A stretch of 64,000 nucleotides of DNA from a virus. The position numbers and the translations under genes were made by a program. How positions within the stretch are numbered: the first letter of the stretch is position 1; each line of letters opens with the position of its first letter. Below the pieces are notes generated by a model. That model had not been told where the DNA came from, ran no database searches, and worked only from the letters and a program-made list of their open reading frames with translations. This document shows positions 36,825 to 51,400 of the stretch, piece after piece. Where the stretch lies: the IMG/VR virus record IMGVR_UViG_3300021142_000012, positions 32,001 to 96,000 of that record. One strand, written 5' to 3'.

Positions 36825-39431
36825 TTATTCTAATTTTAGATATGTTACAGTTGTTGTAATAGCCTGTGCTGATCCACTATTATTGTAAATTTTTAAATAC
36901 ATGTTTGTGCTTACAGTACCATCTGCATTATATCCAAACACTGCCGGAGTAAAATATGTAGTAGTTGCAGTTGTTGTAATTGCCTCGGCAATCACACCGG
37001 TTCCCGGACTAGGATCTGTTGTAATTGTTCTAGTGCTATCATTAGTCTGTGCAGTTGAGCTTGAATAGACAGTTACCCATGCACCGGCTGATACTTGAAT
37101 ACTATACAGTACATAACCTTTGGCAGCGGCCACTGACACCGATGTTGATGCATTTACACCTAATGTACTAGTTGTATAAGATACTGTTGTTCTAGATGCT
37201 GTCGGGCTTGAACTAATGATGCCATTACTAATAGTAATTGTTGTACCGTCAACCTTGACACCGCCTAATGAACTAGTAGTTGCTGTTGGTAGAGTGTATG
37301 CACTTGCACTACTGATAACACCATTGCTGATAGTAATTGTTGTACCATCAACTTTAACACCACCAAGTGTTCCTGTACTGATTGTTCCTACGGTTGCTGT
37401 TGGTAGGTTGTATGCACTTGCACTACTGATAACACCATTGCTGATAGTAATTGTTGTACCATCAACTTTAACACCACCAAGATTATTTGTAGTTGCCGTT
37501 GGCAATGTATAGGCCGGAGCACTAATTATACCGCTGCCGTTGATTACAATAGTGCTGCCATCGACTTTAACACCACCTAGTGTGCTAGAACTTGCTGTCG
37601 GTAATGAATAACTCTGCGGTGGAGCTGCCCAATAAGGAACAGTACCGTTAGATGTTAAAACTTGTCCGGTGCTACCAACTCCAAGTTTTGATAATGTATT
37701 TGCAGCATTAGAATATAAAATGTCGCCTTGGGTATATGTAGTCTGTCCAGTACCGCCATATACTACTCCTATTGTAGAAGCCTGCCATATGCCTGCGGTA
37801 ATAGTGCCAACTGACGTTAAACTACTGTTAACAACATTGCTAGCTAAAGTTGTTCCGGTTAGCACATTAGCTGCGGCTTGAGCAACTGCGGCTACAGCAG
37901 AAATAATTCCGCTGCCATTAATGACGATACTAGTACCATCGACCTTAATGCCGCCAAGTACAGACGAACTCGCTATTGGTAAACTATATGGCACTGCTGA
38001 TATTATTCCAGCACTAGCTGTAATAGTTGTACCATCAACTTCAACAATACCTAATCTAGAATTACTACCTACTGGAACACCACTAATTTTATTATAGGAT
38101 AAGCTAGCTACCCAAGCAGGATCATAATAAGTTCCCGTTGTATATACTCCGTTAGTTACTGTGCCGGCATTGCCTGTAACACTGCCTGCAATTGGAGCGG
38201 TTACTGTCAATGAAGCTAGTGTGCCCACACTGGTAAGACTTGAATTTAAAATATTACTTGCTAGTGTTGTACCAGTTAGTTGATCAGCGGCTGCTATAGC
38301 AGTTGAAGAAATAGTACCATCTAGTGCAATAGTAATCGAAGTGCCATCTGGCTTGACTGCACCTACCGCTGAGTTTGTAGCAATAGCTAAATTACCACTG
38401 GCTACTATTCCAGTTAATTTGCCGGCAGCTAGTGTACTAATCCATGTTGGATTGCTATAAGCTACAGTAGTGTAAACTCCGTTAGTTACCGTACCAGCAT
38501 TGCCTGTAATACTTCCTCTAATTGCGTTTGTAACTGTTAGATCAGTTAGTGTTCCAATACTAGTTAAACTACTATTGACCACATTACTTGCTAGTGTTGT
38601 CCCTGTTAAGGCGCTGGCTGCTCCATTTACAGATGTTTGTATTGTTGTTGTACCTCCAAGTGCTACCGGAGTACCATTAATAGTAATTGTAGAGTTAGCA
38701 AGATAATTATTTGCTATAGGTGTACCATTCCATGTACCAGCAATAATTGTGCCTACACTGGTTAAACTTGAATTTACTATTGTTGAATTTAGCACGGTTC
38801 CAGTAAGATTGGCTGAGGTGACTCCAGAAGGAATATTGGCCGAACCGCCTAATGCTATTTGTGTGCCGTTAATGGTTATATTTGGATTAGCTAGATACTG
38901 ATTAGCAATTGGTGTTGCTGTCCAGGTGCCTGAGGTAATTGTGCCTACTCCTGTTAAACTTGAACTAATAACATTACTTGCTAGTGTTGTACCAGTTATC
39001 GACGATGCTGCGGTTGTTCCCGTAGGAATAACAACTGATCCGCCAAGTGGAATAAGATTACCATTAATATTAATTCCGCCAGCAGCATTAATTGTCAATG
39101 TTTTTGTTACCGAATTAGTTACCAATGTAACGTTTGATCCAGCAGCAACATTTAATGTATCAGACAAGGATGTTGCAGACAATCTTGCTTGTCCGGTAAT
39201 TGCCAAATTTGAAAATCCCGGAGTTGCAGGCAATGTATTAACAATACTTGCATATCCTGTCGGGGATAGGCTAACAGCTATACCTGATCCACCAACAACA
39301 CCCTTAAAGGATGCTTGTGTCAATGCTGTATATAATTCAGTAAAGTTAGCATTAACTTTAGTAAAAGCCACACGCAACGTATCGCCGGTTCCGCTGTTAG
39401 CTGTTCCTATGTTTAATATTTGTTGTGACAT
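36825..39431 (-). CDS. Repeat-rich tail fibre protein
   Basis: N-terminal GTGDTLRVAFTKVNANFTELY anchor; repeated LTGTTLASNV..SSLTSVGT and LPTA....LGGVKVDGTTITI units. Confidence 0.75.
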   Translation of the reverse strand: MSQQILNIGTANSGTGDTLRVAFTKVNANFTELYTALTQASFKGVVGGSGIAVSLSPTGYASIVNTLPATPGFSNLAITGQARLSATSLSDTLNVAAGSNVTLVTNSVTKTLTINAAGGININGNLIPLGGSVVIPTGTTAASSITGTTLASNVISSSLTGVGTITSGTWTATPIANQYLANPNITINGTQIALGGSANIPSGVTSANLTGTVLNSTIVNSSLTSVGTIIAGTWNGTPIANNYLANSTITINGTPVALGGTTTIQTSVNGAASALTGTTLASNVVNSSLTSIGTLTDLTVTNAIRGSITGNAGTVTNGVYTTVAYSNPTWISTLAAGKLTGIVASGNLAIATNSAVGAVKPDGTSITIALDGTISSTAIAAADQLTGTTLASNILNSSLTSVGTLASLTVTAPIAGSVTGNAGTVTNGVYTTGTYYDPAWVASLSYNKISGVPVGSNSRLGIVEVDGTTITASAGIISAVPYSLPIASSSVLGGIKVDGTSIVINGSGIISAVAAVAQAAANVLTGTTLASNVVNSSLTSVGTITAGIWQASTIGVVYGGTGQTTYTQGDILYSNAANTLSKLGVGSTGQVLTSNGTVPYWAAPPQSYSLPTASSSTLGGVKVDGSTIVINGSGIISAPAYTLPTATTNNLGGVKVDGTTITISNGVISSASAYNLPTATVGTISTGTLGGVKVDGTTITISNGVISSASAYTLPTATTSSLGGVKVDGTTITISNGIISSSPTASRTTVSYTTSTLGVNASTSVSVAAAKGYVLYSIQVSAGAWVTVYSSSTAQTNDSTRTITTDPSPGTGVIAEAITTTATTTYFTPAVFGYNADGTVSTNMYLKIYNNSGSAQAITTTVTYLKLE
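37295..37481. repeat. Two identical 73-bp direct repeats (37295-37367 and 37409-37481) within the fibre gene
   Basis: tgtatgcacttgcactactgataacaccattgctgatagtaattgttgtaccatcaactttaacaccaccaag occurs twice, 114 bp apart. Confidence 0.9.
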
Positions 39432-39434
39432 TTT

Positions 39435-42400
39435 TTATCCTTGGTCAATCGTTATATTAGTGTTATCGTCTGTAATTGCTGCACTATCAATACTTACAAT
39501 TTGATGTTGATTATATCCAGTGTACCAAGCTCCCGGTACCGCTTTGATAAATGTAGCATAAGGGCCATTATCCTCTTGTATATTTACAGTAGAATCCCAT
39601 ATTTGGCCAGTTCTCTTAACTATAGTTACACGAGTTCCAGCAGTTATTGGTGTTGTTAATCTCAATGAATTAGTTGTACCGTCTACTGCAAATTCAGCAT
39701 CAAACTGTACATCACCTTCGGGACTTGTCGGAGCCTTGTTAACATTATAAACAGTATATGGATTTTTCTTTAGTCGAATATTTCCAATAAAATATGACCA
39801 CTTTGCAGCATCATTGTTAAAATTAGTGCTGCTAGTGTTGGCAACGATACATTTATATTGATAGGATGCAAAATTAACAATATCACCTACATTATATGCA
39901 ACACCCGGGGCCCAATCTACTGAATTATATCCGCCTACAAATACATCAAGCTCGTTACTTGCGCCATATCCCACCGGAACTGAACTAGTAAATCCGCTAG
40001 CATAGGTCCATAGAGTAGATGCCTTCTTAGGAGTAAATGATAATGGAACTATACTAGTACCGTCACTTATAATCTGGCTTGTTGTAATTGTATCCTGATA
40101 TGGTATTGTTTCGCTAGCACCAATTTCCTGTACAGTGGCGCCTGCTCGATGGACCATAGCAACACCTGTTCCTAGTGTACCACGGCGAAGCTGTCCAAGT
40201 ACGTTACCGGTAACTGTAAAGAATTCAATACGTTCACCGCGGATTTCTATAATACCTGGTTTGTTGTTTGCTGGGCTCGGTAAATCAAATGTGCTGGCAT
40301 CAACAACTGTGATCGTTAGATCGGTAGGATATAAATCTACAGCAAGGTTAGTTTGTTTATTAGCATTAAGGCGTTTGAATACAACTCTATTCAACATGTC
40401 TTTGAATTGCATATAAGCTACGCCAGATGTTAATACGTTATTACCAAATGTTAGGACAACTAGCTTATCATTAGGTGCAGGGAATTTAGCCATCTGCAGG
40501 GTCTGTTTATCAGATAACACAATGTAATCAATATTAGGACTTAATAAATTACCGTTTTGTTCTAACCATACATAGTCGCTGTCAACCACTGGACGATCAA
40601 GTAGTATGGTACCATTTGCAATGGCTTTATAATTATAGAACTGTATAGTATCCGGAGTATAACTAAGTGCTGGATTGTTGTTTACTGTGGTAGTTTGCAT
40701 ATCAAGAATATCATGATTATAACTACTCATTACTTCAATGATATGTCCAGCATCATAATTCTGTGCAAACGTAATTTGGCCAGTGGTTGAATTGTAAGTG
40801 TATCCTGCTCCAGTAGAAATACTAATGCTCAGTGTACTACCAGCATAAAGATTATAAATTACTTTAGTAATTTTAATTGTAACACCACTGAGATCAATAC
40901 TATAATCAACACCCGGTTTCAATAAAATATTATTAATTGTTATAATAAAATCTGTAGCATTAGCAGTGAATGGCGGAAATTTAGTATTATCAATTGTGTA
41001 ATTTAATTTGTTATTAGCTAGTTTAAAATAACTCAAGCTCGGTGGAGTTAATATTTTGTTATCTACACGAACTATCATACTTTTTTCTACAGGAACTGTA
41101 TTGCCAATAGGATATTGTAATGTATAAGTTGCACTACCGTTGGGTATAATTTTTTCTTTCTTAGTAACTGCAAATGTTTGTTGACTACCGCTAACAATGA
41201 CATAGCTGATTAATGCACCAAATGCAGGCGGACTAGCAAATCTTAGTCCGATCAGATTTGCAAGAACATATGTTTTATCAGTTTCAAATAATTGATATGC
41301 CACATTTGATTGTGCTGTACCGTCAATATATACCAAACTAGTATTTGGTATTACATAGTTAGACTTAGTAATAAATTCTGTAGTAACGCCATCGCCAACA
41401 AAATGATCAATATCTAATATATTAGCACCGCTAAATCCAATATTAAAAATACTAATCATTGCTCCGGCAGCAGGCGGATTATTAAATAGAATTTCATTAT
41501 TTCTATAATCAACAGTATAGTCATCAATCACTGTCATAATCTGTGATACACCCTGCGTGACAGTTTTGACTATTACTGCGTTTTTACTATTAGGAGTCTG
41601 CGCCATACTAAACTGTGTAGTAATTCCATCGGCGATATGATTATCAACTTTGATTGTAGCCGCACCGTTTAGTGGTTTTTCAAATACCTTAATTGCCACT
41701 GCATCGACTACTTGTCCAGGAACAACCTCTTCGGGGGCCGGGCTAGTAGTTGGTGTTACAAATTGATCACCATCAACTAGAATATCATCGGCTGCCAGAC
41801 CTGTAGCTGAACTGTAGGCAAGATCGCCGCCGGTTAATGCTGTATCGTAATCTGCTTGCTGTGGAGCAAATGATCCATCGCTAGTGCTTTGACGTATAAA
41901 GAATTTATCATTAGAGTTAACAGTAAATGTATTTGGTATTACTACTGTATTAGATATCCCATCAGCTGTTATAGTCTGCATTATAGCTGTAGAATTGGTT
42001 TGTCCAGAGGTTCCAAAATTTGCATCATCTAGTCTTATTGGCTGTAGATAACTGCTTATAGATAGTACTGAACCTGTAGCTATTGGTGTGTTTAATGTTA
42101 TTAGTCCTTTACCAAATGGATTCAACTGTGTAAGAACTGTAAGTGGTCTAGTAAATGCTACAGTAGATCCGCCAGCAATATCTGTATACAAGATTTGACT
42201 AATCTGTACATCTGTTGAATTTAATATTGCTGTTACCTGTGTATTAAGTGCAATATTATTTGCTACATATGGCGAAATTGTAACCGAATCGTTTACAAAT
42301 ATACCAACAGTACTAGCTAAGGAAATTACATTACTACCTGCATGATTACTTAGATATGTGCTACCCGAAATACTATGTGCAGTTCCTAACGCTGAACTTG

Positions 42401-45400
42401 CTGTAACTGTAATTGTTGGAGCAATATCTCTTGGATTGTATGTATATTGTAATGTTGCACCATCACTAGTATAATTTTCAGTATACAATTGACTATAATA
42501 AACATTCAATAATGTACCGGCTGTTGGAGTGTACGGCAATGTAAATGAGTGTGTATTTGCGGCTACCTGTACTACATAGTCTGTAGATGTGCTGTCAATA
42601 CTATCCCACTTGTCTGAATAGTATGGTAAACTTCCCCAACCAGAGTTAATTTCAAATCCAATGGCATCGACCACAACACCACCATAATCAATACCTGTCA
42701 TTAGCTGTGCTAGATCTTTACCTTGCTGACCAGATTGTGGGTTATAAAGAAACTGTATACGATCAGCGGCATTTAATAAGGACCAATCTGTTTGATAGTT
42801 TACGGTTATTGTTGCTCCGTTAGCAGGAGCGGTTATAAATGTAACTGTACCATAATAATTAGTATAGCCTCTAGATGTGTCACTAGTAATTGCTAGAGTA
42901 TATAAGTCTCTTAGGACAGGAGTAGCGTGTTTGCTACCTGGCATGGTAATAGTCACTGTGCTATTTCCAATAGAAATATTTGGTGCCCATGCTAGCGCAA
43001 ATTGTACACGCGAACCTGTGCCTGTAAATGTTTCAGTATGTGTTAAACCAGTTATCAAATAATTTTGTGTTATTCGATCAAATTTAATTCCAATAGTATT
43101 AGTACGTATTACACTATTTCCAATAATTGCAACAACTTTAGCCGGTGTGCCGCTTACATCATAACCACCATTAAGTGTAACTGTAGGTGCTGCTAGATAT
43201 CCTTTACCGCTAGCACCATATTGATCAACATTAGTTAATTCTATTCGATTAACTTTACCATTCGCTATAAAGGCACGTGCTTTTGCACCGGCGCCAACCG
43301 GACTAGTAAATTCTACTGTAGGTTCGCTGATATATCCACTGCCACCGTCGACTATTTTAAGATCAACTACACTAAATCCAACATTGTCTAGCCAATTTTT
43401 CCAAGGATATGTTGTTATTAAGTTATTATCAGACGTAATAACACCATTGCTAAATCCAGTATTAATTCCCTGGAATAAACCATTAGCATATGTTCCAGGA
43501 AGATCAAAGTCAGTAATCATATTCTGATCAAGTTCAATACTATTATAGTTACTGACATATTCTCTAATCTTAGATCTGTAAGGCTTAACTTCGTTAATAT
43601 AATCTTCAAAGTTACTTAGATTGTCAGGTTGATATGTAACAGGTTGATTTAGACTACCAACATTGTGCTCTGCCTTGATAAAACTAGTTTTAAATATCCA
43701 ATCTAACTCAGTCTGTTCACTGAATGCATAACGTACATTATAGAAGAATAGATCTAGATAATTTTTTCTTAAGTCATCAATTAAAATATTATTTTTTATT
43801 GTATTAAGAATTATTCTTAATTCTTTAGTAGCAGTTAGATCAAAATTATTACCGTCATATAATGAACCGTCGTAACCGTAGACTGTATCGGTAAATTCAT
43901 ATAATGCCGAACTAAACTGAACTGTTCCGTTTTCAATACCTATTACATTATAGCTTTGTGTGTAGTCGATACTAGTACTGTTAGCATATTTTTGTAATAG
44001 AGTCCAACCACCCTTATTATTATTTTTTACCTTAACAGTATCACCAATAGCTGGAGAAATTGTTGCTAGATCTGTAAATGTATCGACAGCAAGTGTAGGA
44101 CTAGAATTTTGATTGAATCCAGTTGCATACCAATCAATATATGTTCTGTATTTTCTTACATCATAACTTTGTGTTCTAACTCTTGACCAAGTCTGCGTTG
44201 TAATGTCGTATCCATAAATGCTCCAAGATCCGCCAGCCTGGGTATCTTGATGTACTAATATAGAATATGTTCTTGTAGTTAAAAGAGTATTGCTGTCATA
44301 ACCTTCGCCCGCAGCTATAACTGTAGCGCCAGTAATTGCACCTGTGGTACTATCAATAGTTGCACGTAAGACTGCACCATCACCACTACCAATCACAGAG
44401 ATATAAGGGGCTTGCAGATATCCGCTACCGGCAGTCACTATGTTAATGCCTGTAATTTTTCCATCTACAATTATCGGAGTTAATTTAGGCGTAACAAAAT
44501 TTCCTATATTAATGTAAGATAATTCAGTATCAGTATCTTTTACAGCATCATACTCGCCAAGGATAATATTTGGTTCTGTTTCATATGTGTCCAACGGTGC
44601 TATATTTTTTTGTTCTGCTATTTGATTAGCTGCCATTACTAAATTTGTTTGCTCGATTACTTGCTTCAATGCTTCAAATCGATTTAAAAACATACTTTGA
44701 CGAGGTTGGAATTCTATACCGTATCGAAGTTTAGGTGGCAGACTAGTATCAGGAACTTCTCTATCAGTAGCGTCCTTACCACACAAACTATCAATCCACT
44801 TTTCTTCAATACGTGCTGGTAATTGTGTAGTCGGGTCATTACTAATAATAGCATACTGACGGTGTATATTTCGTTGGGTTGGTTTGTCTATGGTCCAGTA
44901 CTCTACAGATAATACTGCATCAGTATTTTTTAATAATGTTTTAACATTAGCCAATGCAAAGCTATTTGGACCAGTGAGAGCAAGGAATTTGTAGCCTTCG
45001 CCTCTTGGATTTGCAATTAAATTTGAAACACTTTGCGCACTTACACTACGACCTAAAACATTTGGAACTGTAGTTTTATTTTTTACCCAGAAATAATATG
45101 TGTTTTTTGCACTATTACTAATGTTATCATATTTGGTTACAACACTATAGATCGAAGTATTGTATAAAGTTTGACCGCTAATGCCTTGAGTTAATCCTGC
45201 ATCTGTATCAGCTAGGCTATTCCATCTATCAGGTGTATATGTAGTTCCAACCCATTCATAGATGTCAATGCTTGCTCCGGGGAATAGTGTAGACCAATTG
45301 CTTGTTCTGTAGGCAACATCAACGTCATGACTATCAATAAATTTAGCTGTGCTAAGATCCCACCATAACTGACCTACTTGCGCCGAAGTCCATGCCATTC

Positions 45401-48400
45401 CTGGTCTTACATTTACTGTAGAATCTCCCTGACTATAAATTGCAGGATCATTAAAAGATTTATATTTAATTTCTTGATCAGCAGGACCAGGAATACGACC
45501 CTGTATCGGATCTATAACATCAAGGTATGTTAATACTTGATTTGTGCTTCTATCATATATAAAAGCACGTTTGATTTTACTAATGTCAATTTTTGGTTCT
45601 TCTAGATGAATCGGATTCCATGCAAATGTATTAGCAGGTTTTGTATACTCAAATAATTTTCCATTAGCTATTGTGCTAGTTCCTGTAATTATTATGTTGC
45701 TTACTGTTTGACTAATGCTAACTAAATATCTTCCAGAATTACCACTGACTATTGTTGTGCCTGGCGCAAGTCCAGCACCGGCTAATGTCATACCTACCAC
45801 TACTTGTCCGGTGGTTACTGAACCAACTGTTAGTATTGTGCCAACAATAGAGCAATTATTTAATACCGCAGTGATAGTAGCACTTGGTGCACCTACTACT
45901 ATGTTATATGTACCGATAGCTATACTCTGACCATATTTACTATTGGATGAAGTTGCGTTTTCTAGTATTTCTCCGATAGTAAATTTTGTTCCAGTCGCAG
46001 TGTCAGCATCATATACAGCAATACTACCAGAGTTTGATTCAGTATGTCTGAAGCGTGTTGCATTGCTATCAAATACTGTGTTACCTTTATCAAATGTTGT
46101 AGTAATTTGTGCATCTGCATTATTACTATAGACTACTAATGTGTCTGAAAAATAACCAAACGCCAATTTATAACCAAACTGTCCTTGATTTTTAGGTTTA
46201 ATATTGAACAGTGATTGATACGATAAGAATTGTGAACTTGCTGTATCATAGTAAAATATTTGTACATTTCCTGTGCCATCGAGCGGACTACCAATTGCTA
46301 GATATTCTACAAATGTCTGTGATTGTCCTGCTTGTAAAGTAAGCGAACCACCATATGTAGATAATGCTACAGACGTTGCATACCCATAGGTTTTGCCGGT
46401 AATTATTTGGCTTTGAGTCCAGGACAAAGTTGCGGTATTGAATCGGAATACTATCGCAGCCCCTGGAGTAGTTACTAAAGTAGCACCAGAATTAACAACA
46501 GTGCCCGGTGCACTAATTACTAAAGAATTACCAATACCGCTAGTGTTAGTGGCTAACGAACTACCAAAGCCATATAAGCTAATTGGTTGATTATTTGAAT
46601 CAACAGTTGGAGCCGAGAAAGAAGAATCATATGCCCAGCCTGGTATTGTAAAATATAAGATTCCTGTCGGTGTAATATCAGGAGCAGCACTGATCACTAC
46701 CGAGCCAGCACGCACAGTCGGATATAACGGATTCTGCAAAATTTGTGTTACTGTCTGGCTGGAAGTAAATGCATTTCCGATAGATGCCACACCATTAATT
46801 GTTGTAGCATTACTTACTAGCATGCCTGGAACAATATTTGTAGTATCTGATACTCCTATAGTACTACCAATTGTTGCATAGGCGCTAGCACCAGTACCAG
46901 TCGTACTTGAGAATGTTACTAATGGTAATGCTTTTTTATCGTACCCAGACCCTGGGATTACTACAGCAATAGAGACAACTCCAAAGAATAAATCAAAGCT
47001 AGCACTTGTACCATTACCGCCAGTAACTGGAACATTTTTGGTCAATGGTGTGTGCCCAATACTAGGTGCAACTGTAGCAGCTACAGTATATGCTCCGGGA
47101 TTATAAATTACTGCTGATGTTATTGTACCATTAGTTCCAATCGAAGCTACTCTGATTGTTGCTGCCTGACTATACGTACCGCCAACTACTGTAAGTAAAT
47201 CATTAACATGATATCCTGCACCGGTTGAAATAATGTTAATACTAATCAGACCAATTATTGAAGTAGCCTTTGCTGGGATGCTACCAGACACCGTGCTAGC
47301 TGCTATATTGACTGTTGGATTTGTAGTGTATCCACTACCGGCATTAGTTACAATAACAGATATTACTGAGCTATCACTACTGCTACTTGCATTATAGCCA
47401 GCGGTAGTTTGTATAGCGTTTTCATATTTAAATTGATAAACTTTACCTACTCCACTATTTGCTCCCGGTGCTCCGACAAATAAACTGTATGCAGATTGTC
47501 CTGTTGCAGATGCATGATTAACAAACGCTAGGCTAGCGCCAAATCTTTCATTAGATATCGGATTAGGACTAAGAATAGTGTCTACTAAGGTAAAGATATT
47601 ATTACTATCTTTCTTATAGATACTGACTGCTCCCTGAGCTGTTAGACTACTGTTTGTTCCTGTAGAGTCCACAGGAATGTATTCAATTATAGTCCAATAG
47701 GTCGAGCCACCTTGGAACTGCAAGGTACCGTATACTGTTTGAGTGATATTTGTGTTTAAAAATACTGTAGCACCATTTACATTTACTACAGTAGTTAAAG
47801 CTGGAATTCCAACTCCGATAACCTGCTGTAAAGCTGCGATGTTACCCACTACACTAGATACTGATATTTGATTAAGACCAAAAACTACAACAGAATTAAC
47901 TACACCGGTAGTAGAAGAACTAATTCCTATTGCCGTTCCATTAATACCGGTAACTGTAGTTCCGGTTGGTATGCCAAGTCCAGTTACTGATTGTCCTACT
48001 AGAATGTTTGTGTTATTAGAAACTGTAATAGTATTAGATCCGCTAGTTGCAGTTGTTTGTTTTGCAATCGTAGCAAACGTTCCAGTGCCACTGACTGTTC
48101 CTGTCACTTGTTGACTTAGGAATAAAATATATGAATTACCAGCAGAGTTTAAAGTGCTACCAGTTAAAGTAGCACCGGTAGGAATATTAACTCCAATAAC
48201 TGTCATTTGATTACCGATCAGTAATCCTTGTGTCGAAGACGAAACAGCGATTGTATTCGCACCAAATAGAATTTTTCCAGTCGGTTGTCCGTATGTAGGA
48301 GTGTCTAAAATTATAATCTTGTTAGTTGCATCTATACTAAGAACTAGTGTAGCTGCCGTGATTCCCTCACCTTGCACTAACATTCCTGGTATTATTCCTA

Positions 48401-51400
48401 CAGTACTATTGACAACAAGCGAGGTAGTCTGAAACACACTATTACTGCCAATAGTTACAAGAGCACCGCCAAATGTAATTACAGTAGTTGCGGTAATCGA
48501 TGTAACGGCATTACTCAATGTCAAGGTAGCAGTATTGTTAGAATTTATTACTACAGTAGAAATAATAGTAGCAGTCGGAATACCGATACCACTAACAGTT
48601 TGCCCAACATATAATCCAGTAGTTCCATTTACAACAATTCGTTGTACTGCTGTGAACGCTGTTGTTGGGCTATAGTTTACAGAATACCATGTTCCTGTTG
48701 TACCGACTACTGAAGCAGAAATATTAGCATATACTACAGTTCCGCGAGCTGTTGCTGTTACTACTGGAGGTGTATTTGTTGTAACGTTCTGTGTAGCTTG
48801 ATAATAAATTCCGTTATAGCTTATTATATCTTTTGTACTATAAGTGCTTGATTGTGACCAACTACCTTTCCAGTGACTGGCAGCATAACTAGCAGCTGGA
48901 GATCCTACTGCTAACCAAGTTTTATCATAACTTAGTGCTAGCACTTCTCCAATAATACTACTGGCATTTGGATTACCTCCAAAACTATCATTATTTGCAA
49001 TAGTTGGTATAGCTATCGATTCTCGCTGAGTCCAACTAGTAGCCGAGGTTATAGGTTTATCCCATACTAGTATCTGTCCTGCATTAGTCATGGAAATTAA
49101 TAAAAGACCATCTTGACTTAACGTTGCAGAGCGACCAAGCCCTAGTCCATCACTAGGATAACCATAATCTATTTCTGATAGATTATAGACTGGAATGTTT
49201 TGCCATACCGACCATAATTTTTCTCCGTTAAATGTTGCGGAGTCGACCCATACTAACTCACCTTTTTTAATGTCTTGCAATAATCTTTGATCACCACTAT
49301 TAATAGTAGTAGCTCTGTTGCTAGTTAAAATAAAAATTATTGCTCTATGCTGTTCAGTAAATGGTACGGCTGGCGGATTAGCTAGATTAGGAGCAGAAAC
49401 TGTAATTGTTACATTGTCAACTGCTACAATTTGATAAAAACCGGCAAATCCAGTGACTTCCTTGATCCCAATATATTCGCCAGCTAATAGAGAATGATCA
49501 GAATCTGAAGTAATAATCAATTGATTTTGAGAATACGTGATGTTTACAATATTAATGTTAGCCAATGTCATTCTATATACATTCCAGCTAACACCTTCAA
49601 ATCCAATCCAAATATAGTCTCCGGAGTAAAAATTTGTAATGTCTTGTGATGTTATGTCGCTAAGGTGTGCGAGAGTTACCTTAACCTCACTGGTTCTTAC
49701 AAATCCTGCAGTTCTTAAAAAAGAACGATAATTGTTTACTAGCGGCCATGGATTACTATTATATCCCATGGGTTTCAAATATATGTCAGTGGGAACCTGG
49801 CGTATAATTAAATCATTGTATGGCGGACTTAATGTTTCATCTAATTCAAATCCTTGTGGATTTGTTTTAAATAAAGATTCATCTAAGATAAATTCAATAT
49901 TTTCGTATGCTTTACTGGCGCCGTATTCTCCAAGTCGAACTGCCCACTCTTCATAGAATGTTAGACTTTCTAAATTGTCGGCACTTAGTACATTGAACAA
50001 TTTATTAAGAACATTTTGTGTACCTTTTTCACGAATCATTCCTTGGAAGAATTTAAATTCGCTTACATCGTCTTGTATAATATTATCTAGGTACTGACGC
50101 TTCTGATAACCAATCAGATGCTGTGCAACTTTCTGTTGACTAGCATCAAAGTTATCACTATCTAAGCTATAAAAATCTGTAAATTGGCTGGCTTTGTAAT
50201 TCCAGTTAGGTAACAGTTTAGCAGTTGGTTTCGCTGCTAGCTGTACCCAATTAACCGTACCGTCGGCGGCTTTTATATTAAATTTTTCTGATCCAACTAC
50301 TCGTTGATCAGCAGTATAATAGTATTCTTTGTATTTTACTACATCACCCAATGCATAGTCCTGCCATGCAGACCAATTTTGTATTATCGCTTGATCATAG
50401 ATAAATCCAGGAATATCAAATCCGCCGTACCAATTAGTGCTAACATATCCGGATACTTTAATACGCTCTTGACGATAACCTGTTTCAGGATTATAAATTG
50501 TATCATTGAATAATGTAGAATTATCTAATAAGATAATCTGCTCTTTTTGTATAAGATAAAAACTTGCTCCATAGATTCCATCTGCTGTGGTGGTCTTATA
50601 TGTTGTCGCATTATCTTTTCTGTATAGATTGATAAAATTTGGTTCGAGCGGGGTGCCGTCTACTTTAAATATTTCATAGGTGTTGAATTTATTTTGAATA
50701 CTATCAGCAACGGATAAGGTTGACGAAAATGTAATCGAGTCCGCAGCAGGGCTTAGACTAATAACACTACTACCGACTCCGCTTAATCCATCTAATTTAA
50801 CGTATTTTGTATAGTCAAAAGATGCACTTGGAGCTACTAGTTGTATAGCTTGATAGTAGTCGCCGTTGTATTTTACAATCGCCTGATAAGCTACTGGTTG
50901 ATTAGGAATCCAATCTGCCCATTTATCCTGACCAGTTGACCAGTTCTGTGTTGTCCAGAAGATAAATTCTTTTGCACTAGTTTCCCAGTTAGTTACCGCA
51001 GCAAGATTGCCATTAAAATTATCAAAGATAAATCCTTGATCTTTTAAGTATTCTCCGTAGCCTAAAAGAAAATCTACAACTTCTTGTATAGTTAAAAAAT
51101 CAGTACCATAAGGAACAGTTATTGGATTGTTACGATCCCATTTTGTTCTAATAATTGCATCAACACCGCCGACTATTGGCAGGCTACCGAGTAGTGAATA
51201 ATACTTTATTTGAAACGTAGTCTCGGTAGTATGTGTTGAAATTACACGATAAAATTGTTTGTTATAACTAACTACCTGTCCTGAGATATATTGTTGGTAT
51301 GCTGTCCAAACAACATATCCTTCACTTATTCCGCCAATATTAACAGTGGCTCCTGATCCAAGATATGGATAGTACTTAAAATACGGCTCCGTTTGACTAT

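Noticed and set aside
37295-37481. 73-bp repeat pair as a possible DGR template/variable repeat
   Set aside because: The copies are identical with no adenine-specific mismatches, both are in-frame in one gene, and no reverse transcriptase is in the window.
37216-39504. Plus-strand ORFs with repeated LIVIVVPSTLTPP-like sequences
   Set aside because: Antisense shadows of the repetitive fibre gene, with no RBS or independent coding signal.
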